Source of the DNA: a virus
Reading direction: 5' to 3' (one strand)
IMG/VR virus record: IMGVR_UViG_3300010885_081999
Span: 39,726-103,725 of that record
DNA length: 64,000 nucleotides
Shown: positions 28,757 to 39,527 of the stretch, one piece after another
Numbering within the stretch: the stretch's first letter is position 1
Layout of the letters: every line of letters begins with the position of its first letter
The notes under the pieces: model-generated
What the model was told of the DNA's origin: nothing
The model's input: only the letters and a program-made list of their open reading frames with translations
Databases searched by the model: none
Translations under genes and position numbers: made by a program

Positions 28757-29029
28757 TCACTTCCAGCGGACGAAGCCCTTCTTGGACTTCTTCAGCTTCT
28801 TGCCGGGAGCCGTGGGATTTCTTCCCATGTCTTCCGACGATGCCCCCAAGGGGCCAGTGAATCCTGCGATGTTGGCGACGACGGCCATCTCTTCCATCTC
28901 TTCCGTCTCCTCTTCCTTTTTCTTGCTTTGCTTCGACGATCCCTTGCTTGGGATCAGCTGATTGGGCACGCGGGGGTCCTGGATCTCCGCCAGGGCCTCC
29001 GCGATGAACTTCCTCAGTAAAGCGCTCAT
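28757..29029 (-). CDS. Small hypothetical protein (MSALLRKFIAEALAE)
   Basis: ATACTTA 5 nt upstream of ATG. Confidence 0.65.
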   Translation of the reverse strand: MSALLRKFIAEALAEIQDPRVPNQLIPSKGSSKQSKKKEEETEEMEEMAVVANIAGFTGPLGASSEDMGRNPTAPGKKLKKSKKGFVRWK

Positions 29030-29045
29030 GCCGATAAGTATTCGG

Positions 29046-29636
29046 TCAGTCCGAGTTCTTCTCCTGTTTTGTGGAGATGTAGTCGGCAAGATGCACGACG
29101 TCGGCGAGCATGGGCTCCTTCATCTTGTAGGGAGCGTTCTCCTCGGCATACTGCCCGTCGTTCAGCTTAATCGCGAGGAACTCTGCCTGCGTGAGCTTGA
29201 GACTGAAATGCTGACAGAGCCACACACCGCGGTCGGGAACGGTCATGTACTGCATCGCACGATTGTGCGTGTAGTTCTCACCCAACTTTTCCACCCTCCA
29301 ACCGTCCGTCTGTGGCAGGTAGTAGTCCTGTTCGTGGTCACCCACCTTGCCGATGTCGTGGAGGAGGCATCCGATGATGAGCGACTCTCTCGGAATGTCC
29401 CAGCCGAATGCCTTGACGAGACGCATCGCGTTGCCGAGGACGCGGATGGAATGATCCACGAGACCACCCGGAAAAGCTGCATGATAATCCTTGCGCGACG
29501 ACGCTGGGCACAAAGCAAGACGCTCACCGAGGTGGTCAACCAGGGCGAGCGCTGCCTCGGATCTGTCTCCGAGCTTCTCCATGAAGGAGCGATACTTGTC
29601 GAAATTTGAAGCGATGTCTTCGGGACTTAGGGTCAT
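29046..29636 (-). CDS. HD-domain phosphohydrolase
   Basis: PAS...H.A..GGL.DHS, LLHDIGK, ADY. Confidence 0.85.
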   Translation of the reverse strand: MTLSPEDIASNFDKYRSFMEKLGDRSEAALALVDHLGERLALCPASSRKDYHAAFPGGLVDHSIRVLGNAMRLVKAFGWDIPRESLIIGCLLHDIGKVGDHEQDYYLPQTDGWRVEKLGENYTHNRAMQYMTVPDRGVWLCQHFSLKLTQAEFLAIKLNDGQYAEENAPYKMKEPMLADVVHLADYISTKQEKNSD

Positions 29637-29689
29637 GAGACCACAGTATCACACCGCGGTCTCAATGTATCAAGCGCTAGGCGCTGTTA

Positions 29690-30232
29690 TCAGCTAGAAG
29701 AGGCGAGGCTCTTCGCTATCTGCTTGACCTTGGCGAGCGAAGAATCGTACAAACGATCGGCTTCCTCATCGGACATCTTCCTGAACGTGTCGCTATCCCC
29801 CGTGACGTAGACGAGCGCATCGAGGAAGTCCGCTCCGTAGCCCATACCCAAAGCTCCGTCGACGGCATACTTGACAGCATCTTGCTTTGCGTAGTCCGGT
29901 CGGCCGGGAGAGGCACCTGTCCAGGACCAGTCCGAAGATCCAAAAGACTTCTGGATCTTCGAGGCGAGCGTGGCGGGATCAAGTGCCGCGGCGGCGCCCT
30001 TCATAGCCGAGAAGCTAGCTCCTGACTTCTTCTCGTTGGACGCGTCCTTGAAAGCAAGACGAAACTTGTCGAAGTCGGCGTCCGACAGCGCAAGCAGCGC
30101 CGTCTTGATCACGCCCCTGCCCACGCCGGCGAGGGTGCCAGAGGCCAAGGCGGTGCCGAAGTCCGCAGCTTCTCTCAAGTTGTTGACTTCTTCATTGATG
30201 ATTCTACGTAGTTGGGACGATGTGAGCTTCAT
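29690..30232 (-). CDS. Hypothetical protein with MKLTSSQLRRIINEEV leader
   Basis: Leader motif; AAGGA RBS. Confidence 0.75.
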   Translation of the reverse strand: MKLTSSQLRRIINEEVNNLREAADFGTALASGTLAGVGRGVIKTALLALSDADFDKFRLAFKDASNEKKSGASFSAMKGAAAALDPATLASKIQKSFGSSDWSWTGASPGRPDYAKQDAVKYAVDGALGMGYGADFLDALVYVTGDSDTFRKMSDEEADRLYDSSLAKVKQIAKSLASSS

Positions 30233-30275
30233 TGTGATTTCCTTTTTGTGAGGACATTCACTACATATTCTGGGC

Positions 30276-31481
30276 CTATCCAATTGTCTCCAACTTGAGC
30301 GGTAAAGGCTTGTCGTAACCCGGCACAGACACGGAGTCGAATGTTTCCACGTCACCGAGTCGAGAAGCATCGACGTCGAGGAGTAGCGCGTCGTGGAGCA
30401 CGAAGAGGGGACGGACGCCTTCGCTTCCGAGCTTCTGGATCACAGCATCGAAGCCGAGCATCGCGACGTCCACTCCGCTCGACTGTGCGTACGTGTTGAC
30501 GAGGAGGTTGTCCTGTCCCTGTGCGACGGGGACGGGTCTACCGAATCGATTGACGATCGTCCCAGACTTCGCCGCTTCCTCGCGGAGGCGACGCTTCAGG
30601 GGCTCGACACCGAAGTGCATGCGGATGGCACCGATGAACGCGTCGATCTCCTTGTCAGACACGCCGAGGCGGGCCTTCAGCGAGGCCCGCGAGATGCCGT
30701 ATAGTTCTGCGAGGACGGCCGTCTTCACGACGTCCCGTGCGACCCGACCGCCGAAGAGACTCTGCGACACGTCCTCGTACATGTCCTCCGCGTCGGAATG
30801 GCGACCCGCCTCTGCGAGGACGATCCTCGCCTCCAGCGCCCTGAAGTCGAGGTAGGCGACGGACCCGCCCTCGAAAGACGACCGAAGGACGCTGCGGCAC
30901 GACTTCTTGAGGACGAGGATGTTGGGTCCCTCCGCCACCGTGAGACGACCCGTCCTCGTGGCGAATCGATCGTATACGACGGGATGTGCGAATCCGCTCC
31001 GCTTGGGACGAAATCCCTCGAGGGCAGCCGAGTTCTGCCCCGCAGACTCCGCACACTTGGAGAGTTCCTCAGCGTCGACTTTCGCTGGTCGGAGGGACGA
31101 GAGGACCCTGCTGCCGGCGACCCATGCGGTCTCGTAGTAGTCGAAGGGTAATCTCGGGAATGCGTCCATTGTTTCCTGCACGAGACTTTTGAAGAATATT
31201 CTGAACTCACCCTGCGGCAGCGCATGCTGCCACGGAATGGGAAAGGACCCCGTGGTGAGACACCGCATCGCGTTGACGTACCTCTCGGGAGGCGTGGTCG
31301 CCTTGTGGCCCACGAGACGGAACAGCGTGTCGAGGCACTTTGCCGAAGGTGCGGTCTTTGCCTCTCCCGAGAGGTGCCATGTGTCCCGAGGCACGGAATC
31401 CGACCATGTGAAACCCTCTGGGTCGCCGACGATGTGTCGAGAAGTTCCGAGGAGCGATGAGTCTATCGTGAAACGCCTCAC
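30276..31481 (-). CDS. Short family A DNA polymerase-like protein
   Basis: TGRL, motif A DFRALEAR, motif B R..VKT.....LYG, motif C LHDA. Confidence 0.75.
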   Translation of the reverse strand: MRRFTIDSSLLGTSRHIVGDPEGFTWSDSVPRDTWHLSGEAKTAPSAKCLDTLFRLVGHKATTPPERYVNAMRCLTTGSFPIPWQHALPQGEFRIFFKSLVQETMDAFPRLPFDYYETAWVAGSRVLSSLRPAKVDAEELSKCAESAGQNSAALEGFRPKRSGFAHPVVYDRFATRTGRLTVAEGPNILVLKKSCRSVLRSSFEGGSVAYLDFRALEARIVLAEAGRHSDAEDMYEDVSQSLFGGRVARDVVKTAVLAELYGISRASLKARLGVSDKEIDAFIGAIRMHFGVEPLKRRLREEAAKSGTIVNRFGRPVPVAQGQDNLLVNTYAQSSGVDVAMLGFDAVIQKLGSEGVRPLFVLHDALLLDVDASRLGDVETFDSVSVPGYDKPLPLKLETIG

Positions 31482-31522
31482 ACCACGACTCTAACACGCA
31501 GAACGAAGCGTTTACACTTCCA

Positions 31523-34500
31523 TCACTTTGACTTGCCCGCGGGTGCGGGCTTCGCCTTGTCTTTGTTTTGTTCACCCAGAGCCTTTGCCGCAGATGCCAT
31601 CGCTCCTGTAATTTGGGCACCAGAAGACTGGGACACTGAGAACTTGCCGTAGCCGTTACTGAACGAGAACGTCCACTGGGTCGTGAACTTGCCCTTCGCG
31701 ATGTTGTGCTGGATCTGGGTGCAGATGTAGAGGTTGTCGATCGTCGTTCCCGTGTCGAGGTCGATGAAGAAGTTTTGGTAGAGCTGTGCAGTGGGACATC
31801 CCAGCGACATCATCGTGAGTTGCATCGGCACAGTCCTCATGGGAAGTCCTCCGAACGGCCCGGATTCCTCGAGTCTATTCGACGACATCGTGGACTTTCC
31901 GCTCTTGGTTCCCTTGATCGAATTCATGAGATTGAGGGTACCCTGTTGACCGTCTGTCTTCGATGACGCCTGCACTGTCGACACGAGGGAACCATTGTAA
32001 CCCACGTTGATCGTGGGGACTCCTGTCTTGAGGGCTTCTTTGAGAGAGCGCCGGTCGCGGCCAAACTGGATTTTCATTCCCTGGGGTTGCTTTATGATGT
32101 CGAATTGGGCGATCTCCGTGGCCGTTGCGCCGTATTCTTGGAGAGATTTTTTATAGTCTGCGCCCGTCGCCTGGATTGCTGCTATGAGCTTGCTCTGTTT
32201 CTCTTGCTCGGCCTTCAAGGCTTCTTTTTGAAGGTTCGTCAGCTTTGATTTCAAGAACGCGCTAAACTTCGCGTCGATCTTATCAGTGTCAACCTCGCCC
32301 AGTTCGTATCCTTCGGCTGTATTGAGGATCTTCTGCGCGAGCTTGTAGGGATTGTTCTGCTTGTCGTAGATGTGGATCTTCTTGATGATCTTCGTCGTAG
32401 AAGAAGCTCCCGTGTCTGACATGAGAGCTCGAAAGTCGGCCTTCAACATGTCGATCATCTGCGTCTCGTTCTTCGCGGCGTCGTGCGTCTCGATCTGCAT
32501 CTCGATGAGAGGCAGCTGCAGAGATCCATAATCTGAAGCCCACTTTATCATGCCGTCAGCAGCCATATCTGCTGGGGATTTTCCGCCTTTGGTGGAAGCC
32601 TCCTTGGGAAGTTCCTCAACGGTGCCGAGCTTCGTGGGATCCGCGCTCTTGAAGAAGGAGTTCATTCCGTAGCCGATCGCGCGCTGGTCGGTGAATTGTG
32701 TGCCGATGACGAGCCCGAGAAACGACTGTATCGTCAAGGCATCAGTGCCCGACGACTTCACTTCCTCGGCGTATGCATAACCGAGATTCGTGAGTGCTAT
32801 GGGAAATTCTGCGATGCTGTGTCCGCTGATGGGGCCACATGAGTCGTTGAGGCCATAGAACACAACCTGGAGTTCGTTACATTTTGCGGAGCTTGCGATC
32901 CCGGGTACGACGAAATCAAGAAACAGCTTACCGAAAGAGATCACTTCTTTCCTGAAGGGAGCTAGAACAAAGGGCGGATCCTTGTCCTTGCTCTTTTTCG
33001 CCTCGTCCAACTTCTTCGCGATCTCCGCATTCCTCTCTTTTGACTTCGAGTTGTACTCATTGATGACACGGAGTAGGTCGGCGTCGTGTGTCTTAGCGCC
33101 AGAAGAGATGTTCGCGTCTGAAGGTAGAAAGGGATCCGGTCCGTCGGCAAGCTTGTCGAATTTTCCTTGTACGTAAGTCTGTACGCTGGTCACTACGCTG
33201 GCATTGTTCTTGACTTTTTCGATGGCGCTTGAGAGTGCAGACACATCCTTCTCGAGAGCGCTGTTCTTCTTCATCGCTGCGATGAGTTGTTCCTGCGCCT
33301 TGTCAACATTTACGTCCTTCTTGAGAGACGCGAAAGAACCTCCAGCGGCTGCGTTGAGGACTTGCTCAGGTGCTCCCGACAGCGTGAAAGACGATTCTCC
33401 TGAGATCTTCGCCTTGATGTCACTGATCGTCTGTAGAGCCTTGTTAAAGTCATCGAGTGCAGACGCCGGTGAGCCTGCGCCACCGTGGGCGACGGTGAGT
33501 TCGTCCATCGTCTTGGAACCCTTCAAGATCATCTCGAGAGTCATCGTCATCTGCCCGGTCTGGTCGAAAGAGTAGTTGGCGTTGATGACAGACCAGCACT
33601 CACGCATCATCATGTTGTCGTTGATGAACTTGCTGAATGGATCCTCCTCGCCGCGGCCTCGAGGGGCCAACCAGCCGTACGTGGTCCAGACCACAGCTGA
33701 GCGGAATCCAGGTGCCCCTCTGATAAACTCCGAAAATTCCGACATCCTGCTCTTGTCGTGAATTTTCATCCTTAGTGTGGCCTTCTTGTGTGTGAACTTT
33801 CCCGCACCGGCGTTGAGCACCGTGATGTCCAAGCCCTCTATCGAAGCGAAGGGTAAGAAAGGCTTGGGTCTGACGAGCCTCACAGTGCCGAGGTCGTATC
33901 CAGCGCTGTCCATGTTCGACAAGGACTGAGGCATGAGAAACATCTCCATGCCCGAATACGACGTGACCGTGCCGTTCACTTCCTTTCCCTCGACGGAAAG
34001 CGGTACGAGACTGGCGTCCACGAGGGCCCTGTCGATCGGAGACACGTCTGAGGTCGTCATGTCCCTGGATCCGAGGAGGAACCGCATCGAGGAGGGGCGG
34101 TTGGACTGAGTGGGTCCGGACTGGTCGTCGGTTATCTGGAAAGTCACGTCGAGACACGGGACTAGCTGGGCTGCGAGGATGCTCGGTGTGTAGTTGAGGA
34201 AGATGTCCAACTCGTAGACGCCTCTTCCCGAAGGTGCGACATAGGGGTCCTTGACGACGAAGGCTGAGGCTTTGAAATTGACCGCAGATTTGAGTTCTGG
34301 CACGATGTCGCCGAGGCTATTCACACCGCTCCAATACTTCTTCGAGATGTCGCCGAAGTCGACGTACGACATCTGCGCGTCCGAGCCGATGATGTGGTAC
34401 ATCGCGCCGTATTCTTGCTTGCTTTCTGCGGGTGCTTTCGTGAGGTTGTCCGTCAGCTTCTTGTGGATGTCGACGAATGAGTAGATCTTTCCGCCGGGGT

Positions 34501-34624
34501 GAAGTACGAGACCCTTCAACAGATCGGGAAGTGGCAACACTGTCGTGTCGGGCGCCTCGACGAACGACGCGCCGAGGGGATTCCGAAATTGAAAGAGGGA
34601 CTCTATCGTGTCGAAGTCGCCCAT
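31523..34624 (-). CDS. Large virion protein, probable baseplate hub
   Basis: Position after tape measure, tube-initiator-like and LysM-like genes; function inferred from synteny only. Confidence 0.45.
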   Translation of the reverse strand: MGDFDTIESLFQFRNPLGASFVEAPDTTVLPLPDLLKGLVLHPGGKIYSFVDIHKKLTDNLTKAPAESKQEYGAMYHIIGSDAQMSYVDFGDISKKYWSGVNSLGDIVPELKSAVNFKASAFVVKDPYVAPSGRGVYELDIFLNYTPSILAAQLVPCLDVTFQITDDQSGPTQSNRPSSMRFLLGSRDMTTSDVSPIDRALVDASLVPLSVEGKEVNGTVTSYSGMEMFLMPQSLSNMDSAGYDLGTVRLVRPKPFLPFASIEGLDITVLNAGAGKFTHKKATLRMKIHDKSRMSEFSEFIRGAPGFRSAVVWTTYGWLAPRGRGEEDPFSKFINDNMMMRECWSVINANYSFDQTGQMTMTLEMILKGSKTMDELTVAHGGAGSPASALDDFNKALQTISDIKAKISGESSFTLSGAPEQVLNAAAGGSFASLKKDVNVDKAQEQLIAAMKKNSALEKDVSALSSAIEKVKNNASVVTSVQTYVQGKFDKLADGPDPFLPSDANISSGAKTHDADLLRVINEYNSKSKERNAEIAKKLDEAKKSKDKDPPFVLAPFRKEVISFGKLFLDFVVPGIASSAKCNELQVVFYGLNDSCGPISGHSIAEFPIALTNLGYAYAEEVKSSGTDALTIQSFLGLVIGTQFTDQRAIGYGMNSFFKSADPTKLGTVEELPKEASTKGGKSPADMAADGMIKWASDYGSLQLPLIEMQIETHDAAKNETQMIDMLKADFRALMSDTGASSTTKIIKKIHIYDKQNNPYKLAQKILNTAEGYELGEVDTDKIDAKFSAFLKSKLTNLQKEALKAEQEKQSKLIAAIQATGADYKKSLQEYGATATEIAQFDIIKQPQGMKIQFGRDRRSLKEALKTGVPTINVGYNGSLVSTVQASSKTDGQQGTLNLMNSIKGTKSGKSTMSSNRLEESGPFGGLPMRTVPMQLTMMSLGCPTAQLYQNFFIDLDTGTTIDNLYICTQIQHNIAKGKFTTQWTFSFSNGYGKFSVSQSSGAQITGAMASAAKALGEQNKDKAKPAPAGKSK

Positions 34625-34920
34625 CAGCCTGTCACCTTTTGCTTCACCGTCGCGAGGTCGACGACCTTTATCACGGTGCCGGGTGGGATCTGCATCCCCC
34701 AGCCTATGTCACTCGCCGCGGCGAGGACCCACCAGTAACGAGCGTCGCCGTATATGACACCCGCCAGGGTATCGAGCCTGTCGTCGCCCGTCGCGATCAC
34801 TTGACCTACGATGGGAATGAGACCCGTCTTGATGGCGGAACGGAGGTAGACGAGTGAGGTGTTCGTTCCGAGCTGTCCTCCAAGGTTCAGTCTAGGATCT
34901 TTTGCATACCTTTTTGACAT
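34624..34920 (-). CDS. LysM-like baseplate protein (T4 gp53 / P2 gpX-like)
   Basis: GDDRLDTLA..IYGD..YWWVLA. Confidence 0.75.
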   Translation of the reverse strand: MSKRYAKDPRLNLGGQLGTNTSLVYLRSAIKTGLIPIVGQVIATGDDRLDTLAGVIYGDARYWWVLAAASDIGWGMQIPPGTVIKVVDLATVKQKVTG

Positions 34921-34946
34921 GATTCGCTCAACTCCTCATGGTGGTG

Positions 34947-37900
34947 TCAACTGTCCGACTTGTAAATGATGTCGTTAGCGTAGCTAGATCCGACAGGATA
35001 GATCGGTGCCCTGTTCATGCCAAGGTGATCAAGACCCGGAGTGATGTCGTGTATCGGAGAGAACGAGATGGTGACCTTGCACATCTTTGGTGCCCTTCGG
35101 CCTCGTTGAGGCTGAGGATTATCGACGCCCGCACCGATCTCCCATGTCACTCGGTCGTACCAGTCGAAGTTCATCGACTCGATGAATCCTGCGAGGCCCT
35201 TTCCGCCGGACGATCGGAAGGAACGCGAAATTGCGTTTCCTTTCTGCGGATCGTTGTCAATCATGAAGTCGTTGACGGCGTCCATGTAAGCAGTGGAGAT
35301 TCCCTTGGTTCCGAGATATTCTTGGATCTTTTCTGTTATCTTTATTTCAGTAGTGGGCGTAGGCTCCAAATTGCTGATGTGAATGTCGAAAGTAGTACCC
35401 AAGACGTTCCTCTTGCTTCCTGCAGCGCCGCTTGCGGCGGCGACGGAAACGGGTATCTGAGTAGGATCTGGTGCGGAAGCTTTTTTGTCTTCTCCCTTCG
35501 CCTCAACTACCTTGAGTTGAAACCAACCAGGCTTATCCGGTATTTCCTTGACCAATTCGAGACATAGTCCAACAGGTAACGATTGAGGCTCAGGCGGCGG
35601 CGCTGAATTTCCGACAGGTAGCGGAAGACCGATACCCTTCGGCGGTGTATAGAAGAGTTGTATTGTTGTGAAGTAAGTGTTTCCTGGTGCTGCTGTCTCG
35701 ATCTTCGCTTTCGTTCTTCCCGATTCTGTCTCCAGACGATTGACATATTCCTTCTTTTTTGCATCTACTGAAGTTTCGACTGTGTTTCCGTCGAAAGTCG
35801 TCCCCGCATAAGTGGCACCGAACAGCCTAGCGAGGTGAAACTTAGAATAGTTTGATCGTATCAGATCACCTATCCTGAGGCGTATCATCGGTGACGCCTG
35901 TATCGTCTGACTGAAGGGGGCATAGAATGAGTTTTTGCCCATTGACGCACCCCTTCCCTCCGAGAACTGTGGATACACCATCGTCGTGAGCTTGTTGATC
36001 TTCAGCCACATGGAGTTGAAGTCTGCGGGATTGGTCGCTGAAATATAGAAAGAGAAGCCTATTTTTCTTTGTGTCCCCTTGTACGTCTTGATGGGTTCCA
36101 CCCTTCCGAAGGCGTCGAAAGAGTCGTACGACGGAGAATAGTCGTCGCTCAAAGATGCCAAGAAAGCATGAAAGCTAATGATCTCGTTCGTTCGGACGTC
36201 ATGGAGATAGAAGGGAACGTATTCCGCCTCTAACGCCTCTTCCATCATCTCTCGATTCTCTGTAGGTATTCTTCCTGAATCGCTACCGACGTAGATTCCG
36301 CCGTACTTAAGACCATTCTTGCCGCCAGGATCGGGTGCAATTGTTGGTAGGAGTGAGGGGGCGCCTAACTTCTTGTTGCCGTCAATCGCTGCAGCTTGAC
36401 CATAGCCAGTGGGCATGATCAACATGTCAGGTGCACGATAGGAAGACCAAGCAAGCGTTCTCGAAAAAGCTTTTGTCTCTACGGTACCACCTAAACGTTC
36501 TCTGCTCGCAGCATCGTTCGTTCGACCATCTACGCTGTCTATCTTTGAAGGGTGCCTCCTCGTGAATCCCGTAGACACCATGTCCTTGAGGAATTCCTCG
36601 TCGACGCTCTTGTCCTCGATAATGTCGTCACCGAGGCGCGCGAAGACGTTGATGGCCCTGAAGAACTTCGACTCCCTAAAGACATCGAGCATACCGAAGA
36701 GTGCCTTGACTCCAGAAAGGGCTCCCGTCGCGAATGCCTTTCCGAGGTTGCGGAATGCGTCGCCGATCGCGACGAAAGAGCGCGAGATGTTCCTCGCCAT
36801 GATTGAGTAGTAGCCGGGCTGCTGTGCGACTGAGAGCGGTCCCTCTTTCAGAACGTCGAGAAGGAGAGCGAAGGAGCTCGTGTCGCCTGACGGGTCGATT
36901 CCAAAGAAAGCCAGAGAGCCTATCGCGATGCAGTCGCCCATCTGGTGACGGGTCTGAATGAGTCCTATCGCACGCCAGAAGTTGAACTTTCCGCCGATGA
37001 TCGCCTTGATGATTCCTGCGATGGAGGTGTAGTCGCCCTTAGAAGGATCGTCTCTAAATGCACCGTAAAATGGTCGTCCCAAATCGTCTGTCACGAATTT
37101 GTCATTTCCACCGTTGCCCGGGCTGATCAGCTTCATGAGCAGTGCGAAGACGCCGATTATCACGACGAGGGCGAGGAGCATCGCGACGGCGAGCAACTGC
37201 ATTCCCCAGTTCGTGATGCCGCTGAACTGGTCGTGCACGTTGTTGAGCGTTCCCCACGACACGCCTGCAGGACTGATCACCACCGACTCGCTGATTCCGT
37301 CCGAGATGCCGTCCTTCTTCAGGAAGTCGATGAACGAGCGTGCCTCGAGCTCTTCTCGATTGGGACGATACAGGCCGAGCTGTGCCGCTCCGGGCACGAG
37401 ACCACGAGTCTCTGCCCCGTCACCCGAAGGATTTCCAACGTCCTCAGGTGCAGAACCCAGTTCGACAGAAGACCTGAACGACAGCGCTGAGCCGAGCTGG
37501 GCGAGCTGTCCGAAAGTGACGTCGCGTTCCGCGATCGAAGTACCCATCGTGTACTTCCTAGCGAACAGCTTCGTACCGAGGCCTGCGCCTCTCGAAGATC
37601 CTCCCGTCGGATCCCAAGTGTTACGTCCCTTCTCGATGCCGGAGGCGCCGTCGGCAGAGTACTCGACCCTGGAGGCGTTGACGCCTAGACCTGTCTCGAA
37701 AGGAGCATCAGGATTGAATCTATTGTAGATGACTGACTTGCTGACGTCACCGCCGGAAGACGGTCCATAGTAGTCCTGGAGGATCTTGTTTGTCGATGTT
37801 ACGACTGTCGTCTTTAGCTGTGGGAGCGAACCACCTTGCGCCTCTGCGCCCAGTTGGTCCTTGCCGTCCAACTCGCCCGGTATAGCTTCCCGTAGTATCT

Positions 37901-39518
37901 CTTCGCCGCCGTTTCGAAGGGCGAGAGCAGCGGGAACACCCAGAGGGTCGAGTCGTGCAGCAGCAGATGACCTGCTACGGATCTTTTCGAAATCGACGAA
38001 AGTCTTCTGATTCTCAGGAGAGGCCTGAGGTAGAGTTGGCAGTCCCAGCGGATCCAGAAGCTTGAGAGTCTGTGCTGTTCCTCCGGGGTCTACGTCGACA
38101 GGATACGGGTTGCCTGCGAAATTCCACTCTGTGGGGCGGAGAATCGATGTGCTTTGACCCGGACCCGTCTTCGTGATGTTTCCGAGGTAGTCTGAAAGAG
38201 TCTTCAGGCGAGCCTTCGGGACGTCGACGCCGTTGGTGGTGAGTCCAACGAAAGGCTCAGACGCTATCTTGTTGGCAGGACGCAGCGGGACCGTCTTTCC
38301 CGCTTCGAGATAGTTGCTGCTGGGCGTGTAACTGTTGCCGCCGAGCACACCGTCGGTGTAGATCTTCACCGGGCTCGCCTTGGGAGCGTCGACGAGCTTC
38401 GAGAAGTTCGCGGTGCCTCTGGGAGGGGGCGAGGCAGCACCGGACGACACGACCGCGGAAGTCAACAGGAAGTTTCCGTCGACTGATTTGTCCTTCGTCG
38501 CGTCTGTGGAGGGTTCTGGTTTCTGACGTCCCCTGAGGATGTTGAACTTCTCTGCGAACGAAGACCTGCTCGACCACGACCAAGAAGCGGCGAGGTCCTT
38601 CGCGAAGATCGTCTGACCGGGCGTGAGGTTGGATATCGGAAGGGTGGGATATCCTGCTGTCTCAAGAGACGCAGCTTGGATCGTCACTGCGTCGATCGGA
38701 TAGATGTTTCCGACCGACATGGGAGACTCACCGTTCTTCGTGATGTTGACGAGGTACGATGAGGCGACGGCGAGGTCAGCAGGAGTCTTGTCCTGCTGCG
38801 GCATCGGTGAGAACGTCGTCGTCTTCAGGGTATTTGCGAGACGCAGAACGAAGGGCTGGCCGGCCTGGAGGAACAACTTGTCGACGCTATAGGTGTTCTT
38901 GCCGATGACACCCTCAGTGTAAGTCTTCACTGGACTTACAGGTGTGTTTGGGTCTATTCCTTGAAGCTTAGAGAAGTTGAGAGTGCCGGGCGGCGGCGGA
39001 TTTTCTGGTGCGGGGGCAAAGGCGACGGCCGCCGGAAGGAGGGTGTTTCCGTCGTATACAGCACCGTTAGGAGGCTCGGCTGCACCTCGGACGATGTTGA
39101 GATTAGCAGCGTCAGACGACCTGCTGTCGCCCGGTGTGACGTCTGCGAAGTGTGGTTGTGAGTTTCCAAAAGAATAAGGCGTGAGAGGCGCTGTGTTTCC
39201 CGCAGCATCACGGAGCGTCCCTGGGATTGGTACTTCCGCAGGCGCGTGATAGACTGGGTACTTGTTGGGCTTTTGTCCTCCCGAGGACCTTGTGGAACCG
39301 AGTGTGGTGGAGCTGAGATACGATGCCAGAGTCTGCCTAGTACCGGGAGACAAGTCGACCATAGACTTGCTCACTTTGACCTGACCGGGGCTCCAGTCGA
39401 CCTGAGACGGTTCGTCAACTCCTATGTCGTAGGTGTGAGCCTTTCCGTCAGAGGCGGGGAATCCTCCCGTTCCTGTATCTAGACCCTGTCCGGGACCGGG
39501 GTATTTGGGATCGGCCAT
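34947..39518 (-). CDS. Large structural protein with N-terminal repeats, a hydrophobic segment and a tube-initiator-like C-terminal domain
   Basis: F.AFL..LSD.YSP.Y....GR.EPI..Y..T.R.I.FSF pattern; downstream of tape measure. Confidence 0.5.
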   Translation of the reverse strand: MADPKYPGPGQGLDTGTGGFPASDGKAHTYDIGVDEPSQVDWSPGQVKVSKSMVDLSPGTRQTLASYLSSTTLGSTRSSGGQKPNKYPVYHAPAEVPIPGTLRDAAGNTAPLTPYSFGNSQPHFADVTPGDSRSSDAANLNIVRGAAEPPNGAVYDGNTLLPAAVAFAPAPENPPPPGTLNFSKLQGIDPNTPVSPVKTYTEGVIGKNTYSVDKLFLQAGQPFVLRLANTLKTTTFSPMPQQDKTPADLAVASSYLVNITKNGESPMSVGNIYPIDAVTIQAASLETAGYPTLPISNLTPGQTIFAKDLAASWSWSSRSSFAEKFNILRGRQKPEPSTDATKDKSVDGNFLLTSAVVSSGAASPPPRGTANFSKLVDAPKASPVKIYTDGVLGGNSYTPSSNYLEAGKTVPLRPANKIASEPFVGLTTNGVDVPKARLKTLSDYLGNITKTGPGQSTSILRPTEWNFAGNPYPVDVDPGGTAQTLKLLDPLGLPTLPQASPENQKTFVDFEKIRSRSSAAARLDPLGVPAALALRNGGEEILREAIPGELDGKDQLGAEAQGGSLPQLKTTVVTSTNKILQDYYGPSSGGDVSKSVIYNRFNPDAPFETGLGVNASRVEYSADGASGIEKGRNTWDPTGGSSRGAGLGTKLFARKYTMGTSIAERDVTFGQLAQLGSALSFRSSVELGSAPEDVGNPSGDGAETRGLVPGAAQLGLYRPNREELEARSFIDFLKKDGISDGISESVVISPAGVSWGTLNNVHDQFSGITNWGMQLLAVAMLLALVVIIGVFALLMKLISPGNGGNDKFVTDDLGRPFYGAFRDDPSKGDYTSIAGIIKAIIGGKFNFWRAIGLIQTRHQMGDCIAIGSLAFFGIDPSGDTSSFALLLDVLKEGPLSVAQQPGYYSIMARNISRSFVAIGDAFRNLGKAFATGALSGVKALFGMLDVFRESKFFRAINVFARLGDDIIEDKSVDEEFLKDMVSTGFTRRHPSKIDSVDGRTNDAASRERLGGTVETKAFSRTLAWSSYRAPDMLIMPTGYGQAAAIDGNKKLGAPSLLPTIAPDPGGKNGLKYGGIYVGSDSGRIPTENREMMEEALEAEYVPFYLHDVRTNEIISFHAFLASLSDDYSPSYDSFDAFGRVEPIKTYKGTQRKIGFSFYISATNPADFNSMWLKINKLTTMVYPQFSEGRGASMGKNSFYAPFSQTIQASPMIRLRIGDLIRSNYSKFHLARLFGATYAGTTFDGNTVETSVDAKKKEYVNRLETESGRTKAKIETAAPGNTYFTTIQLFYTPPKGIGLPLPVGNSAPPPEPQSLPVGLCLELVKEIPDKPGWFQLKVVEAKGEDKKASAPDPTQIPVSVAAASGAAGSKRNVLGTTFDIHISNLEPTPTTEIKITEKIQEYLGTKGISTAYMDAVNDFMIDNDPQKGNAISRSFRSSGGKGLAGFIESMNFDWYDRVTWEIGAGVDNPQPQRGRRAPKMCKVTISFSPIHDITPGLDHLGMNRAPIYPVGSSYANDIIYKSDS

Positions 39519-39527
39519 TTTGCTCCG

